Shown one piece after another: positions 8,701 through 18,471 of a stretch of DNA of 59,810 nt; the first letter of the stretch is position 1, and each line of letters starts with the position of its first letter. Made by a program: the position numbers and the translations under genes. The notes under the pieces were generated by a model, which was not told the DNA's origin, made no database searches, and saw nothing but the letters and a program-made list of their open reading frames with translations. This DNA is from a virus (taxonomy: Duplodnaviria; Caudoviricetes): IMG/VR virus record IMGVR_UViG_3300046787_000377, positions 1 through 59,810 of that record; one strand, 5' to 3'.

Positions 8701-11524
8701 AGTTAAAAAATTCTCAACTGGTAAAGAACTAAGTGATTCTGATAAAAAAGCAGTGAAGGATGTTGCTATAAAAGTAGTAACAACCGCAGTTACTGCAGCT
8801 GCAATGGGTGGGTTAGCAGGTGGAACAATTGCTTTTGCAAAATTAGTGGCCATTGAGTTAGTACCTCACGTAGCAATTGAAACTTTAGCAGTAGGTGCTG
8901 GTAAAGCTGCATTATTTGCAGATACAAACGAAGATGAAAGAATGTTGATGGGATTTATGGAAAAGATTATTGATGGGATAGAATCAATGGAAATACCAGA
9001 TGATGTGATGGAAAAAATTGTGGATTCATATAATGAAAAAAAGAACGTATCGGAAATGAGTCATTCACAATTAAATCAAATTGAAAAATATGCAGAAAAA
9101 CAATTATCACCAGAAGATATTGAATTTACTAAACATTTTTTTGATAGAGTAAATGATACCCGTAATGGTAAAGAAATATCTGATGCAGAATTGACAGGAT
9201 TTTTTAAACGTTTATCTCGTCACAAAAAACAATTTAAAGAATTCTTAGACAAATATCAACAAATCGTTGTTAAAGATAAACGAAATGGTATAAACATTCC
9301 TTTTGTTAAACAAGCAAATCAAATTATTGCAAAAACTATAATGAGAAAAGATAATTTCCAAACATCAAATCCAACTTTAGCAGTTGAGATTGCAGTACAA
9401 ATAGATAAAATTCCCGGTGGATTAGCAAAAGGATTAACATTAAATGATATTGCTAAAAAACACAATGTGTCGATTGAAGATATAACTAACGAATTTAAAA
9501 AAGGTTATAAAGTAGAAAGAGAACATACAACTGATAGTGATGTTGCTAAAGAAATAGCAATGGACCATTTGTTTGAAGACCCTAAGTATTATGATAAATT
9601 AGCAAAAATTGAAGAGGCAGGTAGAGTTCCACAGAGTTTTAATTATGGAACTGGATGGGATTACCATACTGCGATTGGTACTAATCCAAATAAATATAAA
9701 GGTAAAGCAAATTTTCCAACTAAATATTCTGGCCAACCTGATTTAGAAGATAACTCTGATGATGTTAATGAATTAACTAAGGGAGAAGTTTTTGGTGGAA
9801 CTTTAAAAATTGGTGGTCAGCCAGTTAAAGTAGAAGTAGAATTGATGGGTTCTGATAATAAAAAGAAAGTATTCATAACAAAAGTACTTCATATTGATAG
9901 TAAATATCGTTCTAAACTACCTTCAAATGGAATATTAGAAATACCTGCTAGAATATTTAGAACTCCTGGTGGTGGGTGGTATAAAATCAAAACACCATCA
10001 GCGTTTGAATCGGTAAACGAATTAACTTACAAAGAAAAGCAAATTAAAACGGGAAATCCTGCTAATATATTTTATGCATTCTATAAAGGGAAATTTGATG
10101 TAGTTTATTGGGCTATGAATCCTAGTTCTTTATATGATATGTATTGGGATGAATTCAAAGTAAGAAGACCGGCAGGTTCTAAATTCAAATTAAATCCGGA
10201 GTTTATGATTGTTCCTAAAAAAGAATATGATAAACATCCAGAACATTATAGTAAATTAAAACCATATGTAGATAAGTTTTGGGATAAATTAAAAAATGAA
10301 TCGGTAAATGAATCACTTTTAATTGAAGGTGGTGCATATGGGCATATGAATCATCCATTTGATACTGAAATTAATTTAACATTTGGACAACTTAAAGATA
10401 TTGTAAATCGTGCATTAGAAGGTAACTTAGAATTGGCTAGAGAAAAAACTGATGGACAAGCATTGGCAATCAGTTGGGTAAACGGAAAATTAGTAGCAGC
10501 AAGAAATAAAGGTCATTTAGCTAATAGAGGTGCTAATGCATTAGATATTAGTGGAATTGCTACTAAGTTTGCTGGAAGAGGTGAGTTAGAAAAAGCATAT
10601 AATTTTGCAATGCAAGATTTGACAAAAGCTATTAAATCACTTTCGGATAAACAAAAAGAAAAGATTTTTAAAAATGGTGCATGTTTTATGAATATTGAGG
10701 TAATATATCCAACTTCAGTAAATGTGATTCCATATGGTCAACCTCTATTAGTATTTCACGGAACGATGGAATATGATGAAAGTGGTAACGCAATTGGTGA
10801 AGACCAACAATCCGGTAGAATATTGGGTGGTATGATTAAACAAATCGAACAAAATGTACAAGATAATTATACATTACAAGGACCACCGGTATTAAAATTA
10901 CCTAAATCACAAGACCTTTCATCTAAAAAACCAAAGTATCTTGCTAAGATTTCAAAATTACAAAAAGAATTTGGATTGGGTGATACTGCAGGTGTTGCAG
11001 AATACCACCAAGCATGGTGGGAAAACTTTGTAGATAAAAAATCACCATCTATTTTAGATAATACTACTAAAATTGGATTAGTTAAAAGATGGGCATTTGG
11101 TGAAAAGGGTTTCCGTATAGATAAGAATACAATTTCTGATGAGAAAACTCTTGCATGGGCAACTAAAATAGATAAAGAAGACCACAAAAAAATTACCAAA
11201 GAAAATCTTATGAAATTTGAAGATATATTCTTAGGTGTGGGTGCAGAAGTTTTATCATTCACAGCATCGGTATTAACTGTGAATCCAGATAAGGCTGTTA
11301 GGGATATGAAAAAACGTTTAGAACAAACAATTAAAGATGTCGAAGTAAGCGGTGACCCTAAGAAGATAGAAAAATTAAAATTAGAACTAAAAAGATTAAA
11401 TGCAATCGGTGGACCTGATAAGATAGTTCCAATTGAAGGGATTGTGTTTATTTATAATGGACAAACATTTAAATTAACTGGTGCGTTTGCATCATTAAAT
11501 CAACTTTTAGGAATTTTTTATTAA
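5771..11524 (+). CDS. Multidomain putative internal head polyprotein: HIGH-family nucleotidyltransferase, ParB/Srx-like, DUF5661-like and C-terminal ligase-like domains
   Basis: GRFQPFHKGH at the N-terminus; PPPI..LVAGNTR; EHT..AKEIAMDHLFEDPKYYDKL; EKTDG...EGIV...FK; ES(V/I)NE linkers; late-promoter motif at 5739. Confidence 0.65.
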   Translation: MNELSKYLAEQILLTEEELKNFVVIYAGRFQPFHKGHFATYQGLVKKFGKDRVFIGTSNKTDNQKSPFNFKEKKTIMTKMFGIPSNKIVEVKNPYAPTEILKNFDENTTGFITVVGEKDEQRLGGKYFEKYKGKIEFGYKDKGYVYASPAQPNAVSGTDVRNWLSKGTDDEKRKNFLKAYPKFDETIYKFITLKLAKLGEGLHESINEAKWEEDTYRKCMLGKLPLSLNIVKKLVDPIRTTSLHSTDVENLSNVAGLQGTKKSISTFTKTTKWGKLVQGKGMHTKGGVIVALSGVVLAQSIMDLWTEPDKQGRRWVEPGTVIDGLGRERDVVFNFAPELKPYKEKWREHSFDGTITNAEKAEFIKKYYDAAEKYMLSKKKEFQDKYLNSNKLYYDSDWNEVVLTDIKIEKILAVPSNWSDDEVENEKTLKQLKQKYKNVEVADKESEIQNFIKRNGGSIVESVNEEITLDVNIGDTVLMGKFKNKKVVVKSIGKDEHGMPTINGKKVATFRIIPKQNIFKEVASISNAGADSQPDGGYIPKGKKRKLGADDGANSSDEWFVRGGYTQTDFPKADAIFDKEDENQFTFKIKSKNNARSDFDATTYPYAPTDIDVTKPVEKIKVKKPKNKKLDIVKELVDEYSELLDLLEASSEDEKYTHIGYGKYKEKGKEKDQNSPTFTKDDSGKYIQSKTDTKPTQDKPTGQAIQGADMFKHDKSVKQEPTKSKTDWTSGKDGWEIIDDERSKVKNIRPYTDEELQGETGEYFDNDVTKNVAPTAFKDESDMIQKIKDATPTYLSSEQLQNMNNSDVGDILSASEDGGKDSMMKLGQERAMDYGKDWNRLIKGIQTGNDVPPPIALKDKNGELHLVAGNTRLMSFTANGKNLPVKVIDYDGEFNYDDKGDSQSTEPKRSISKNIQRKISGWAEKEKEFFTKSQDKPNSETRRTIGEALRDKAKGAGKAIAHGFKHEAHLFKEAANAVKKFSTGKELSDSDKKAVKDVAIKVVTTAVTAAAMGGLAGGTIAFAKLVAIELVPHVAIETLAVGAGKAALFADTNEDERMLMGFMEKIIDGIESMEIPDDVMEKIVDSYNEKKNVSEMSHSQLNQIEKYAEKQLSPEDIEFTKHFFDRVNDTRNGKEISDAELTGFFKRLSRHKKQFKEFLDKYQQIVVKDKRNGINIPFVKQANQIIAKTIMRKDNFQTSNPTLAVEIAVQIDKIPGGLAKGLTLNDIAKKHNVSIEDITNEFKKGYKVEREHTTDSDVAKEIAMDHLFEDPKYYDKLAKIEEAGRVPQSFNYGTGWDYHTAIGTNPNKYKGKANFPTKYSGQPDLEDNSDDVNELTKGEVFGGTLKIGGQPVKVEVELMGSDNKKKVFITKVLHIDSKYRSKLPSNGILEIPARIFRTPGGGWYKIKTPSAFESVNELTYKEKQIKTGNPANIFYAFYKGKFDVVYWAMNPSSLYDMYWDEFKVRRPAGSKFKLNPEFMIVPKKEYDKHPEHYSKLKPYVDKFWDKLKNESVNESLLIEGGAYGHMNHPFDTEINLTFGQLKDIVNRALEGNLELAREKTDGQALAISWVNGKLVAARNKGHLANRGANALDISGIATKFAGRGELEKAYNFAMQDLTKAIKSLSDKQKEKIFKNGACFMNIEVIYPTSVNVIPYGQPLLVFHGTMEYDESGNAIGEDQQSGRILGGMIKQIEQNVQDNYTLQGPPVLKLPKSQDLSSKKPKYLAKISKLQKEFGLGDTAGVAEYHQAWWENFVDKKSPSILDNTTKIGLVKRWAFGEKGFRIDKNTISDEKTLAWATKIDKEDHKKITKENLMKFEDIFLGVGAEVLSFTASVLTVNPDKAVRDMKKRLEQTIKDVEVSGDPKKIEKLKLELKRLNAIGGPDKIVPIEGIVFIYNGQTFKLTGAFASLNQLLGIFY

Positions 11525-11582
11525 AAATATCTCTTTCGCCATATTTATCTATATAAAAATAAAAACCTAATATATAATAATA

Positions 11583-12242
11583 ATGGCGAAAGAGTTTAAA
11601 AAGAAATATATGCATCCAACTCGTAGAAAGTTGGTTGATATGGTGTTACATGGACAAGAATATGAAACTAACACCCAAATAGGTTGGAATGCTGAAAAAA
11701 TAGAACGTAAAGTTGGTGATGTTTGGGAAGATGAACATCATAGATACGAAAAGAAAGAAGGGTTTACTTTAAAAACTTCTAAAAACTCTGAAGCATTCGA
11801 AGAACTTCGCAAATGGAAAGATGAACAATCTCGTTGTAAAGGTTCGGATTGTACCACAATCAAATTTACCCCTACACATAAAAAATTAATTCAAAAGACT
11901 GGATATTGTGCTAATTGTTTAGCAAAAATCGAAAGTGAAATCCGTGCATTAGGATTTTGGGAACAATACGAAGATTATAAAATATATACTCGTATGTTAA
12001 TTGAGGGTAAAATTAAATTAGAAGAACTTCAACAGGCTTATAGTGATGTGAAACCTTATTACGAATATGTAAATGAGGATGGTAGTACTGAAAAATGGGA
12101 ATTACCACAACCAGTAGAAGAAGTAAAAGCTGAACTAATGGAAATGATTGAGTTTGGTAAAACTGAATTACAAGCAGTAGAGAAATTTAGAAATAAAGCT
12201 TTCGAAATTTTAAAAGAAAACAAATTAGAACACTATTTGTAG
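11583..12242 (+). CDS. Hypothetical protein upstream of terminase, with possible Zn-binding Cys pairs
   Basis: CKGSDC and CANC motifs; abuts the terminase gene. Confidence 0.5.
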   Translation: MAKEFKKKYMHPTRRKLVDMVLHGQEYETNTQIGWNAEKIERKVGDVWEDEHHRYEKKEGFTLKTSKNSEAFEELRKWKDEQSRCKGSDCTTIKFTPTHKKLIQKTGYCANCLAKIESEIRALGFWEQYEDYKIYTRMLIEGKIKLEELQQAYSDVKPYYEYVNEDGSTEKWELPQPVEEVKAELMEMIEFGKTELQAVEKFRNKAFEILKENKLEHYL

Positions 12243-12243
12243 T

Positions 12244-13830
12244 ATGGCAGGTGCTTCATTAAAAGATATAATTAAAATTGAGTATCAGAAATGTGCTGGT
12301 GACCCGATATATTTCATGCGTAAGTATTGTATGATTCAACATCCGGTACGAGGTAAAATTCCATTTCATTTATATCCATTTCAGGAAGATACTCTAACCG
12401 ATTTCAAAAATAATCGTTATAACATCGTATTAAAATCACGTCAGACAGGTATATCTACCTTAGTTGCGGGATTCTCTCTTTGGAAGATGTTATTTAATCA
12501 AGATTTTAACGTATTGGTAATTGCAACTAAACAAGAAGTTGCTAAAAACCTTATCACAAAGATTAGGGTAATGAATCAATACCTTCCAAGTTGGTTAAAA
12601 CAAACCACAGTTGAAGATAATAAACTTTCCCTACGTTACTCAAATGGTTCACAGGCAAAAGCAACTTCTGCAGCAGGAGATGCTGGTCGTTCTGAAGCCC
12701 TATCGCTATTAGTATTTGACGAGGCAGCCTTTATTGATAGTATTGAGGAGATTTGGATATCTGCCCAATCTACATTATCAACGGGTGGTAACGCAATTAT
12801 CCTTTCTACACCAAATGGTGTGGGTAATTTCTTTCATAGAACGTGGGTAGGTGCAGAAGAGGGTAGAAACGGATTCAATACTATTCGTTTACACTGGTCA
12901 GTACACCCTGAGCGTGCTCAACCGTGGAGAGATGAACAAGAAAGGTTATTAGGACCAAAAGGTGCAGCACAAGAATGTGATTGTGATTTCGTAAGTTCCG
13001 GTGATACGGTCATTGACCCTGCATTATTACAATTTTATAGAGAAACATATTGTCAAGAACCTTTAGAGAAGACTGGATTCGATGGAAACCTTTGGAAATG
13101 GGAATATCCTGATTATAATCAATCATATATGGTTGTTGCCGACGTTGCTCGTGGAGATGGTGGGGATTATTCCACTGCACAGGTATTTGATGTAGTAAAT
13201 TCGACACAAGTTGCAGAGTATAAGGGGAAATTGGATACAAAAGATTTTGGAAACTTCTTAGTTTCACTATCAACCGATTACAACAATGCATTATTAGTTG
13301 TGGAGAACGCAAATATTGGTTGGGCCGTTATTCAACAAGTAATTGATAGGAGTTATGGAAACTTATTTTATATGAGTAAGGATTTAAAATATGTAGATGT
13401 TGCCCATCAGATGACAAATAAGTTTAGAGCAGAAGAACGAGGTATGGTTGCTGGGTTCTCTACCACCTCTAAAACCCGTCCATTAATTATTTCTAAGTTA
13501 GATGATTACCTAAGAGAAAAATCCTTTACAATCCGTTCTACAAGGTTAATTGATGAACTATTTACATTTATTTGGAATGGTAATCGAGCAGAAGCAATGA
13601 AAGGTTACAATGATGACTTAGTTATGGCCCTTTCGATTGGATTATGGGTTAGGGATACTGCATTAAGATTAAGACAAGAAGGTATAGATTTAACTAAACA
13701 AGCATTAGGTGGTATAAATCAAAGTATAACACAAGTTGATGGGTTCGGTGGTAATAGTTCTTTTGATGAAAACCCTTGGCAAATGAGAGTTGGTAATCAA
13801 ACCGAAGATTTGTCGTGGTTACTAAAATAA
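12244..13830 (+). CDS. terL: Terminase large subunit (T4 gp17-like)
   Basis: KSRQTGIST Walker A, LLVFDEAAF Walker B, STPNG, nuclease motifs ADVARG and DDLVMA. Confidence 0.95.
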   Translation: MAGASLKDIIKIEYQKCAGDPIYFMRKYCMIQHPVRGKIPFHLYPFQEDTLTDFKNNRYNIVLKSRQTGISTLVAGFSLWKMLFNQDFNVLVIATKQEVAKNLITKIRVMNQYLPSWLKQTTVEDNKLSLRYSNGSQAKATSAAGDAGRSEALSLLVFDEAAFIDSIEEIWISAQSTLSTGGNAIILSTPNGVGNFFHRTWVGAEEGRNGFNTIRLHWSVHPERAQPWRDEQERLLGPKGAAQECDCDFVSSGDTVIDPALLQFYRETYCQEPLEKTGFDGNLWKWEYPDYNQSYMVVADVARGDGGDYSTAQVFDVVNSTQVAEYKGKLDTKDFGNFLVSLSTDYNNALLVVENANIGWAVIQQVIDRSYGNLFYMSKDLKYVDVAHQMTNKFRAEERGMVAGFSTTSKTRPLIISKLDDYLREKSFTIRSTRLIDELFTFIWNGNRAEAMKGYNDDLVMALSIGLWVRDTALRLRQEGIDLTKQALGGINQSITQVDGFGGNSSFDENPWQMRVGNQTEDLSWLLK

Positions 13831-13877
13831 TTAAATAAAAAAATGTATATATTTATAGTGTATAGGAGAAACATACC

Positions 13878-14300
13878 ATGATAAAGTTAAAAAACATTTA
13901 TAAGGAAGAAGTAGAGGATTACCCATTCGACCAACCAGAACATAGTATTTACGATTATGATGAATTGGATGTTGAAGATGAAGATGAGGAAGATTTTTTA
14001 AATTTTCTTAAATCATACACAACTGAATTAAAAGAAGCAAATTGTAATTGTGTGTTCGAAGCAGAATATCAAGGAAGAGATGTGAAGTTGGGTAAACCAA
14101 TGCAAGGTGATGTTAAGAAATTTAAAGTTTATGTTAAAAACCCAAAGACCGGAAAAGTAGTTAAAGTAAACTTTGGTCAACCGGGAATGAACATTAAGAA
14201 AAATAACCCCGAAAGAAGAAAATCTTTTAGAGCAAGACATAATTGTGACCAACCAGGTCCAAGAACAAAAGCACGTTACTGGTCTTGCAGAAAATGGTAA
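13878..14300 (+). CDS. Putative head-associated protein (acidic N-terminus, basic C-terminal domain)
   Basis: C-terminal KVNFG..RRKSFRARHNC..ARYWSCRKW; AGGAG SD; between terminase and portal. Confidence 0.55.
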   Translation: MIKLKNIYKEEVEDYPFDQPEHSIYDYDELDVEDEDEEDFLNFLKSYTTELKEANCNCVFEAEYQGRDVKLGKPMQGDVKKFKVYVKNPKTGKVVKVNFGQPGMNIKKNNPERRKSFRARHNCDQPGPRTKARYWSCRKW

Positions 14301-14311
14301 AATAATAAAAT

Positions 14312-16042
14312 ATGGCAGATACTTCATTTTTTGGTAGGTTAAGAAAACTCTTTTCCCAAAAGGCTATCGTTACAGTTACGCCCGATGGTAAGAGAAAAGT
14401 TTTTGACTTCGATGAAAGACAAGAAACAAACCTATCATCATTAAGAGATAGATACACAAAGATTCAAAAATCTTTCTATGAACAAGCAGGTGGTGCACAA
14501 TCAATGGCATACCAACAAGTTCGTAGAGAAGTTTTTAGAGATTACGATGCTATGGACCAAGACCCGATTATTGCATCGGCTTTGGATATCTATGCAGATG
14601 AATCTACTTTGAAGAACGAATTTGGTGATATGTTAATCATCCGTTCTGATAATCCACGTGTTCAAGAATTATTAGAGAACTTATATTACGATATTTTAAA
14701 TATTGAATTTAGTTTATGGCCGTGGGTTCGTAATATGTGTAAGTATGGTGATTTTTTCTTAGGATTGGAAATCGCAGATGGTAAGGGTATCGTAAACGTA
14801 ACCCCATATTCACAATACAACACCGAAAGAATCGAAGGACACGACCCTACAAACCCACATATGGTAAAATTCAGAGTAATGGATGATGCTATTGGTAAAG
14901 TAGATTACGATAACTTTGAAATGGCTCACTTCCGTTTACTGTCAGATACTAACTGGTTACCATATGGTAAATCTATGGTAGAAAATGGTAGAAGATTGTG
15001 GAAACAATTATCTCTAATGGAAGATGCGATGTTAATCCATCGTATTATGAGAGCACCTGAAAAAAGAGTGTTTAAAATTGATATAGGTAATATCAATCCA
15101 ACTGAAGTTGATAATTACATGCAACGTATTATTAGCAAAATGAAAAAAGTTCCTTTTGTTAATAAAGAAACCGGTGATTATAACTTAAAATATAATATGC
15201 AAAACTTAACGGAAGATTTTTATCTACCGGTAAGAGGAGGTGACAGTGGAACTAACATTGAAAATCTAAGTGGTTTAGAATACACTGCAACCGAAGATAT
15301 TGAATACTTAAAAGGTAAATTATTTGCTGCATTAAAAATTCCAAAAGCATATTTGGGATATGAAGAAAATGTAAATGGTAAAGCAACCCTTGCAGCAGAA
15401 GATGTTCGTTTCGCACGAACCATCGAAAGAATCCAAAAAATGGTTACATCTGAATTATCAAGAATTGGTGTTATACACTTATTCGGTAATGGTATACAAG
15501 ATGCAGAAATGACTAATTTCGAAATTAGTTTAGTAAATCCATCTACAATCTACGAACAAGAAAAAGTAAACCTATGGTCTGAAAAGATTCGTTTGGCAAC
15601 TGATATGCAATCTTTAAAAATGCTATCTAAGGATTGGATATATGATAATATTTTCAAAATGTCTGAATCTGAACAAACTGAACAACGTGGTAAGATTGTA
15701 GAAGATATTAAAGATACATTCCGTTACAATTCAATTGAAAATGAAGGTAATGACCCTGCTAACCCACCAAAACAAACTGATGTTGAGGAAAGTTTAGAAA
15801 ACTTAAAGAGTGAACTTAAAGCAAATGTGGGAAGACCTCGTGAAGGTAACACCTATGGTAAAGATAAACATCCATATGGTAGAGACCCATTAGGTGATAA
15901 TGAGAGAACTGCAAAACGTAGTAGAACTTCAGAACACAAAGCCAAAAGTTTTATCAATGGTATTGCATCAAAACGTAAGTTTTTACATGAAATGAAAGAT
16001 ATGTTAGATGAAACTAACATTATCGATGATACGGAAAATTAA
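14312..16042 (+). CDS. Portal protein (T4 gp20-like)
   Basis: LMEDAMLIHRIMRAPEKRVFKIDIGN, EDFYLPVRGG, LFAALKIPKAYL. Confidence 0.95.
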   Translation: MADTSFFGRLRKLFSQKAIVTVTPDGKRKVFDFDERQETNLSSLRDRYTKIQKSFYEQAGGAQSMAYQQVRREVFRDYDAMDQDPIIASALDIYADESTLKNEFGDMLIIRSDNPRVQELLENLYYDILNIEFSLWPWVRNMCKYGDFFLGLEIADGKGIVNVTPYSQYNTERIEGHDPTNPHMVKFRVMDDAIGKVDYDNFEMAHFRLLSDTNWLPYGKSMVENGRRLWKQLSLMEDAMLIHRIMRAPEKRVFKIDIGNINPTEVDNYMQRIISKMKKVPFVNKETGDYNLKYNMQNLTEDFYLPVRGGDSGTNIENLSGLEYTATEDIEYLKGKLFAALKIPKAYLGYEENVNGKATLAAEDVRFARTIERIQKMVTSELSRIGVIHLFGNGIQDAEMTNFEISLVNPSTIYEQEKVNLWSEKIRLATDMQSLKMLSKDWIYDNIFKMSESEQTEQRGKIVEDIKDTFRYNSIENEGNDPANPPKQTDVEESLENLKSELKANVGRPREGNTYGKDKHPYGRDPLGDNERTAKRSRTSEHKAKSFINGIASKRKFLHEMKDMLDETNIIDDTEN

Positions 16043-16108
16043 TTTAACTTATAATTTTTAATATTTATATAGAGAAATTTTGAGTCTATCAAAATAAGGA
16101 TTAAAAAA

Positions 16109-16981
16109 ATGAAAAAAATAAAACATTCGAAATTCAAAAATACAGGGTTCTTATTTGAATTATTAACACGTCAAATAACGTTGGAAATATTAAACAACGC
16201 ACCTGAAGAAAAAGCCAAAAGAATAGTACAAGAATTCTTTGGTGGAAAAACTGAATTGGCTAAGGAATTACGCTTATTTAATTTGTTAATAAACGAAAAG
16301 TATAATTCAGAGAGTAAAGCAGAAAAGTATATTGATGCTATTATCGAAACTCGTACAAAATTAGATGAAAATAAACTTGCAAGAGAAAAATATAATCTTG
16401 TAAAGTCAATTAAAGAAAATTTCGAATTAGATTCATTCTTATCATCTCCAGTATCTAACTATAAAGTATTGGCATCAGTTCATAAGATATTTGAAGCAAA
16501 GATACAAGATGTAACTAATGTTAAAGATGTATTTGATGCTAAATTGACATTAATCGAACATATATCTACAACAACTCCATCTTTAAAACAAAAAGAAGAT
16601 AAGTTGATGGAAGATTATAGAAAACAAGAGAAAGATTTAAGATTACTTACATATAAAATTCTTGTTGAAACATTTAATAAGAAATATACCAACTTAAATG
16701 ATGACCAAAAGGATATTTTAAGAGAGTATATTAACAATGTAAACAACACTTCTAAATTTGGTGAATATTATGATTCTAAATTGAAGGTTGTTGTAACTGA
16801 ATTACACAAACTTTATTCCGAAGTTAATGATAAAATCACAAAGATTAAGTTGAAAGAAACTATTAATGTTATGAAACAACAGAAAATTGGTAAAAAAGTT
16901 ACCGATGAACAAGTTTCTGCATTGATGATGTCATATGAATTAATAAAGGAAATAAAAAATGTTAAAGAAAGAAAATCTTAA
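16109..16981 (+). CDS. Conserved head-region hypothetical protein
   Basis: Long helical ORF after portal, with late-promoter motif and SD. Confidence 0.6.
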   Translation: MKKIKHSKFKNTGFLFELLTRQITLEILNNAPEEKAKRIVQEFFGGKTELAKELRLFNLLINEKYNSESKAEKYIDAIIETRTKLDENKLAREKYNLVKSIKENFELDSFLSSPVSNYKVLASVHKIFEAKIQDVTNVKDVFDAKLTLIEHISTTTPSLKQKEDKLMEDYRKQEKDLRLLTYKILVETFNKKYTNLNDDQKDILREYINNVNNTSKFGEYYDSKLKVVVTELHKLYSEVNDKITKIKLKETINVMKQQKIGKKVTDEQVSALMMSYELIKEIKNVKERKS

Positions 16982-17816
16982 ATCGTATATAGACGAACTT
17001 ATTAAGGAAGTTGAAGAGGAGTTAGAAGAAGCCAATGTGACAGGTAATGTCGATGGATATCAGACTCCTTTTGCTTTTTCTGGTAAGAGTGCTTCTCAAA
17101 AACGAAAAAAAACAGCAACTCAATTGGGATACACGTTGGTAAATAACGATGTTAAAAATATTGATGAAGTAAACGAAGCAACAGCATCTGAAATCATAAA
17201 AGATTTAGATAAAGTACGAAACGATTTAATTAAAAAAGTAGATGTATTAATTGCTAAAAAGAAAAAACTTTATTCTAATGTTGATATTGAATCACCAATG
17301 AGTGCAGATGAGAAACAATTAGATAAAGATATACAATCTATATTTTCACAAATCCAACAAATAATTCAGCAAAAAAGAAAAATAAAAGAATCAGTAAACG
17401 AAGACAAAGTTTATATTGATTTTTTAAATAAGAAAAAAGGATTCAAGCAAGATAGAATTAAATTCAATTCATATGAAGAAGCTGTAAAGTGGGCAAGAAA
17501 AAATTTTGATAAGTTTGACCCTGATATGATTAAATACGAATCAGTAAACGAAGGTAAATCAAAAAGACCTGTGAATCGTTGGTTAGAATTGAAAAATGAT
17601 GAATCTATGCATGCTAATAAGAAGTTAGCAGTAGGATTGAAAGAATTAAAACATCAGTTAAGTGAGGTTGAAAAGTTTTTTCGTTGGTATAACCAAATTA
17701 AAACAATGAATGAGTTATCATCGGATGTTTTTTGGAAAAGAACTCACGGTCATATTTATAAGATAAAGGAAAGACTGATTAATATCGCAAAAACAATACA
17801 GGAGATAGAAAAATAA
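16959..17816 (+). CDS. Putative prohead core/internal protein with EVNE/ESVNE-delimited modules
   Basis: EVNE plus two ESVNE linkers; head module context. Confidence 0.55.
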   Translation: MLKKENLKSYIDELIKEVEEELEEANVTGNVDGYQTPFAFSGKSASQKRKKTATQLGYTLVNNDVKNIDEVNEATASEIIKDLDKVRNDLIKKVDVLIAKKKKLYSNVDIESPMSADEKQLDKDIQSIFSQIQQIIQQKRKIKESVNEDKVYIDFLNKKKGFKQDRIKFNSYEEAVKWARKNFDKFDPDMIKYESVNEGKSKRPVNRWLELKNDESMHANKKLAVGLKELKHQLSEVEKFFRWYNQIKTMNELSSDVFWKRTHGHIYKIKERLINIAKTIQEIEK

Positions 17817-18289
17817 TGAAAATATCAAGAGCAAGATTAAAAGAAATTGTAAAAGAAGTGATGGTAGAAGAAACTGAATACCAGCAATTCTTTCAAAAAG
17901 CATTAGATAAGGCTGGTAAATCAATACCAGATATGTCGGAAGAAGAAAAGAAAGCTTTCTTTGATAAAATAGATTCTGCGTGGAATGGTAAGGGTGAAAA
18001 GAATGAGGAATTAGTTGGTGGTCAAAAAAAATTAGATATTGATAAAGATGGTGATATTGGAAGTGATGATTTAGCAGATTTAAGAGCCGGTAAAAAAGCA
18101 AATGAATCTATAAATGAAGAAGATATTAATTGGGGTGCAACCGAAAACGCAATCATTAACTTTCTAAAAGCAAATACAAAAATTTTAGATAAAAGAGTTA
18201 AAGATAGAGATACTGATGGTGTTAAAAAGGGATTACAATCAATCATTGATGGTTTAACTAACGCACAACGCAGTTTAAAATTAAAATAA
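17816..18289 (+). CDS. Putative prohead core/internal protein
   Basis: MKISRARLKEIVKE leader, EF-hand-like DIDKDGDIGSDD, ESINE linker. Confidence 0.55.
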   Translation: MKISRARLKEIVKEVMVEETEYQQFFQKALDKAGKSIPDMSEEEKKAFFDKIDSAWNGKGEKNEELVGGQKKLDIDKDGDIGSDDLADLRAGKKANESINEEDINWGATENAIINFLKANTKILDKRVKDRDTDGVKKGLQSIIDGLTNAQRSLKLK

Positions 18290-18294
18290 CAACA

Positions 18295-18471
18295 ATGACT
18301 AAAAAAAGATTGTTAGAAATAATTGACGAAGAAATCCTTAAAGTAAAATGGGGGTTTGTAAACGAAGAAATTACTAGTGAGGATGAAAAACTTATTAGAG
18401 ATATTATTCGCAAAGAAGTTTCTGCAATATTTTTTGACTTATTTAAAAAACGAAACGTTTGGGGAGCATAA
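18295..18471 (+). CDS. Small head-region protein, 58 aa (not in ORF track)
   Basis: Manual translation MTKKRLLEIIDEEILKVKWGFVNEEITSEDEKLIRDIIRKEVSAIFFDLFKKRNVWGA; its stop overlaps the protease ATG (TAATG). Confidence 0.65.
   Translation: MTKKRLLEIIDEEILKVKWGFVNEEITSEDEKLIRDIIRKEVSAIFFDLFKKRNVWGA

Noticed and set aside
11583-12242. Small terminase call
   Set aside because: Position fits, but no recognisable motif supports it.
18459-18470. Tracked TTG start of the protease
   Set aside because: It overlaps the small ORF 18295..18471; the coupled ATG at 18471 is more plausible.
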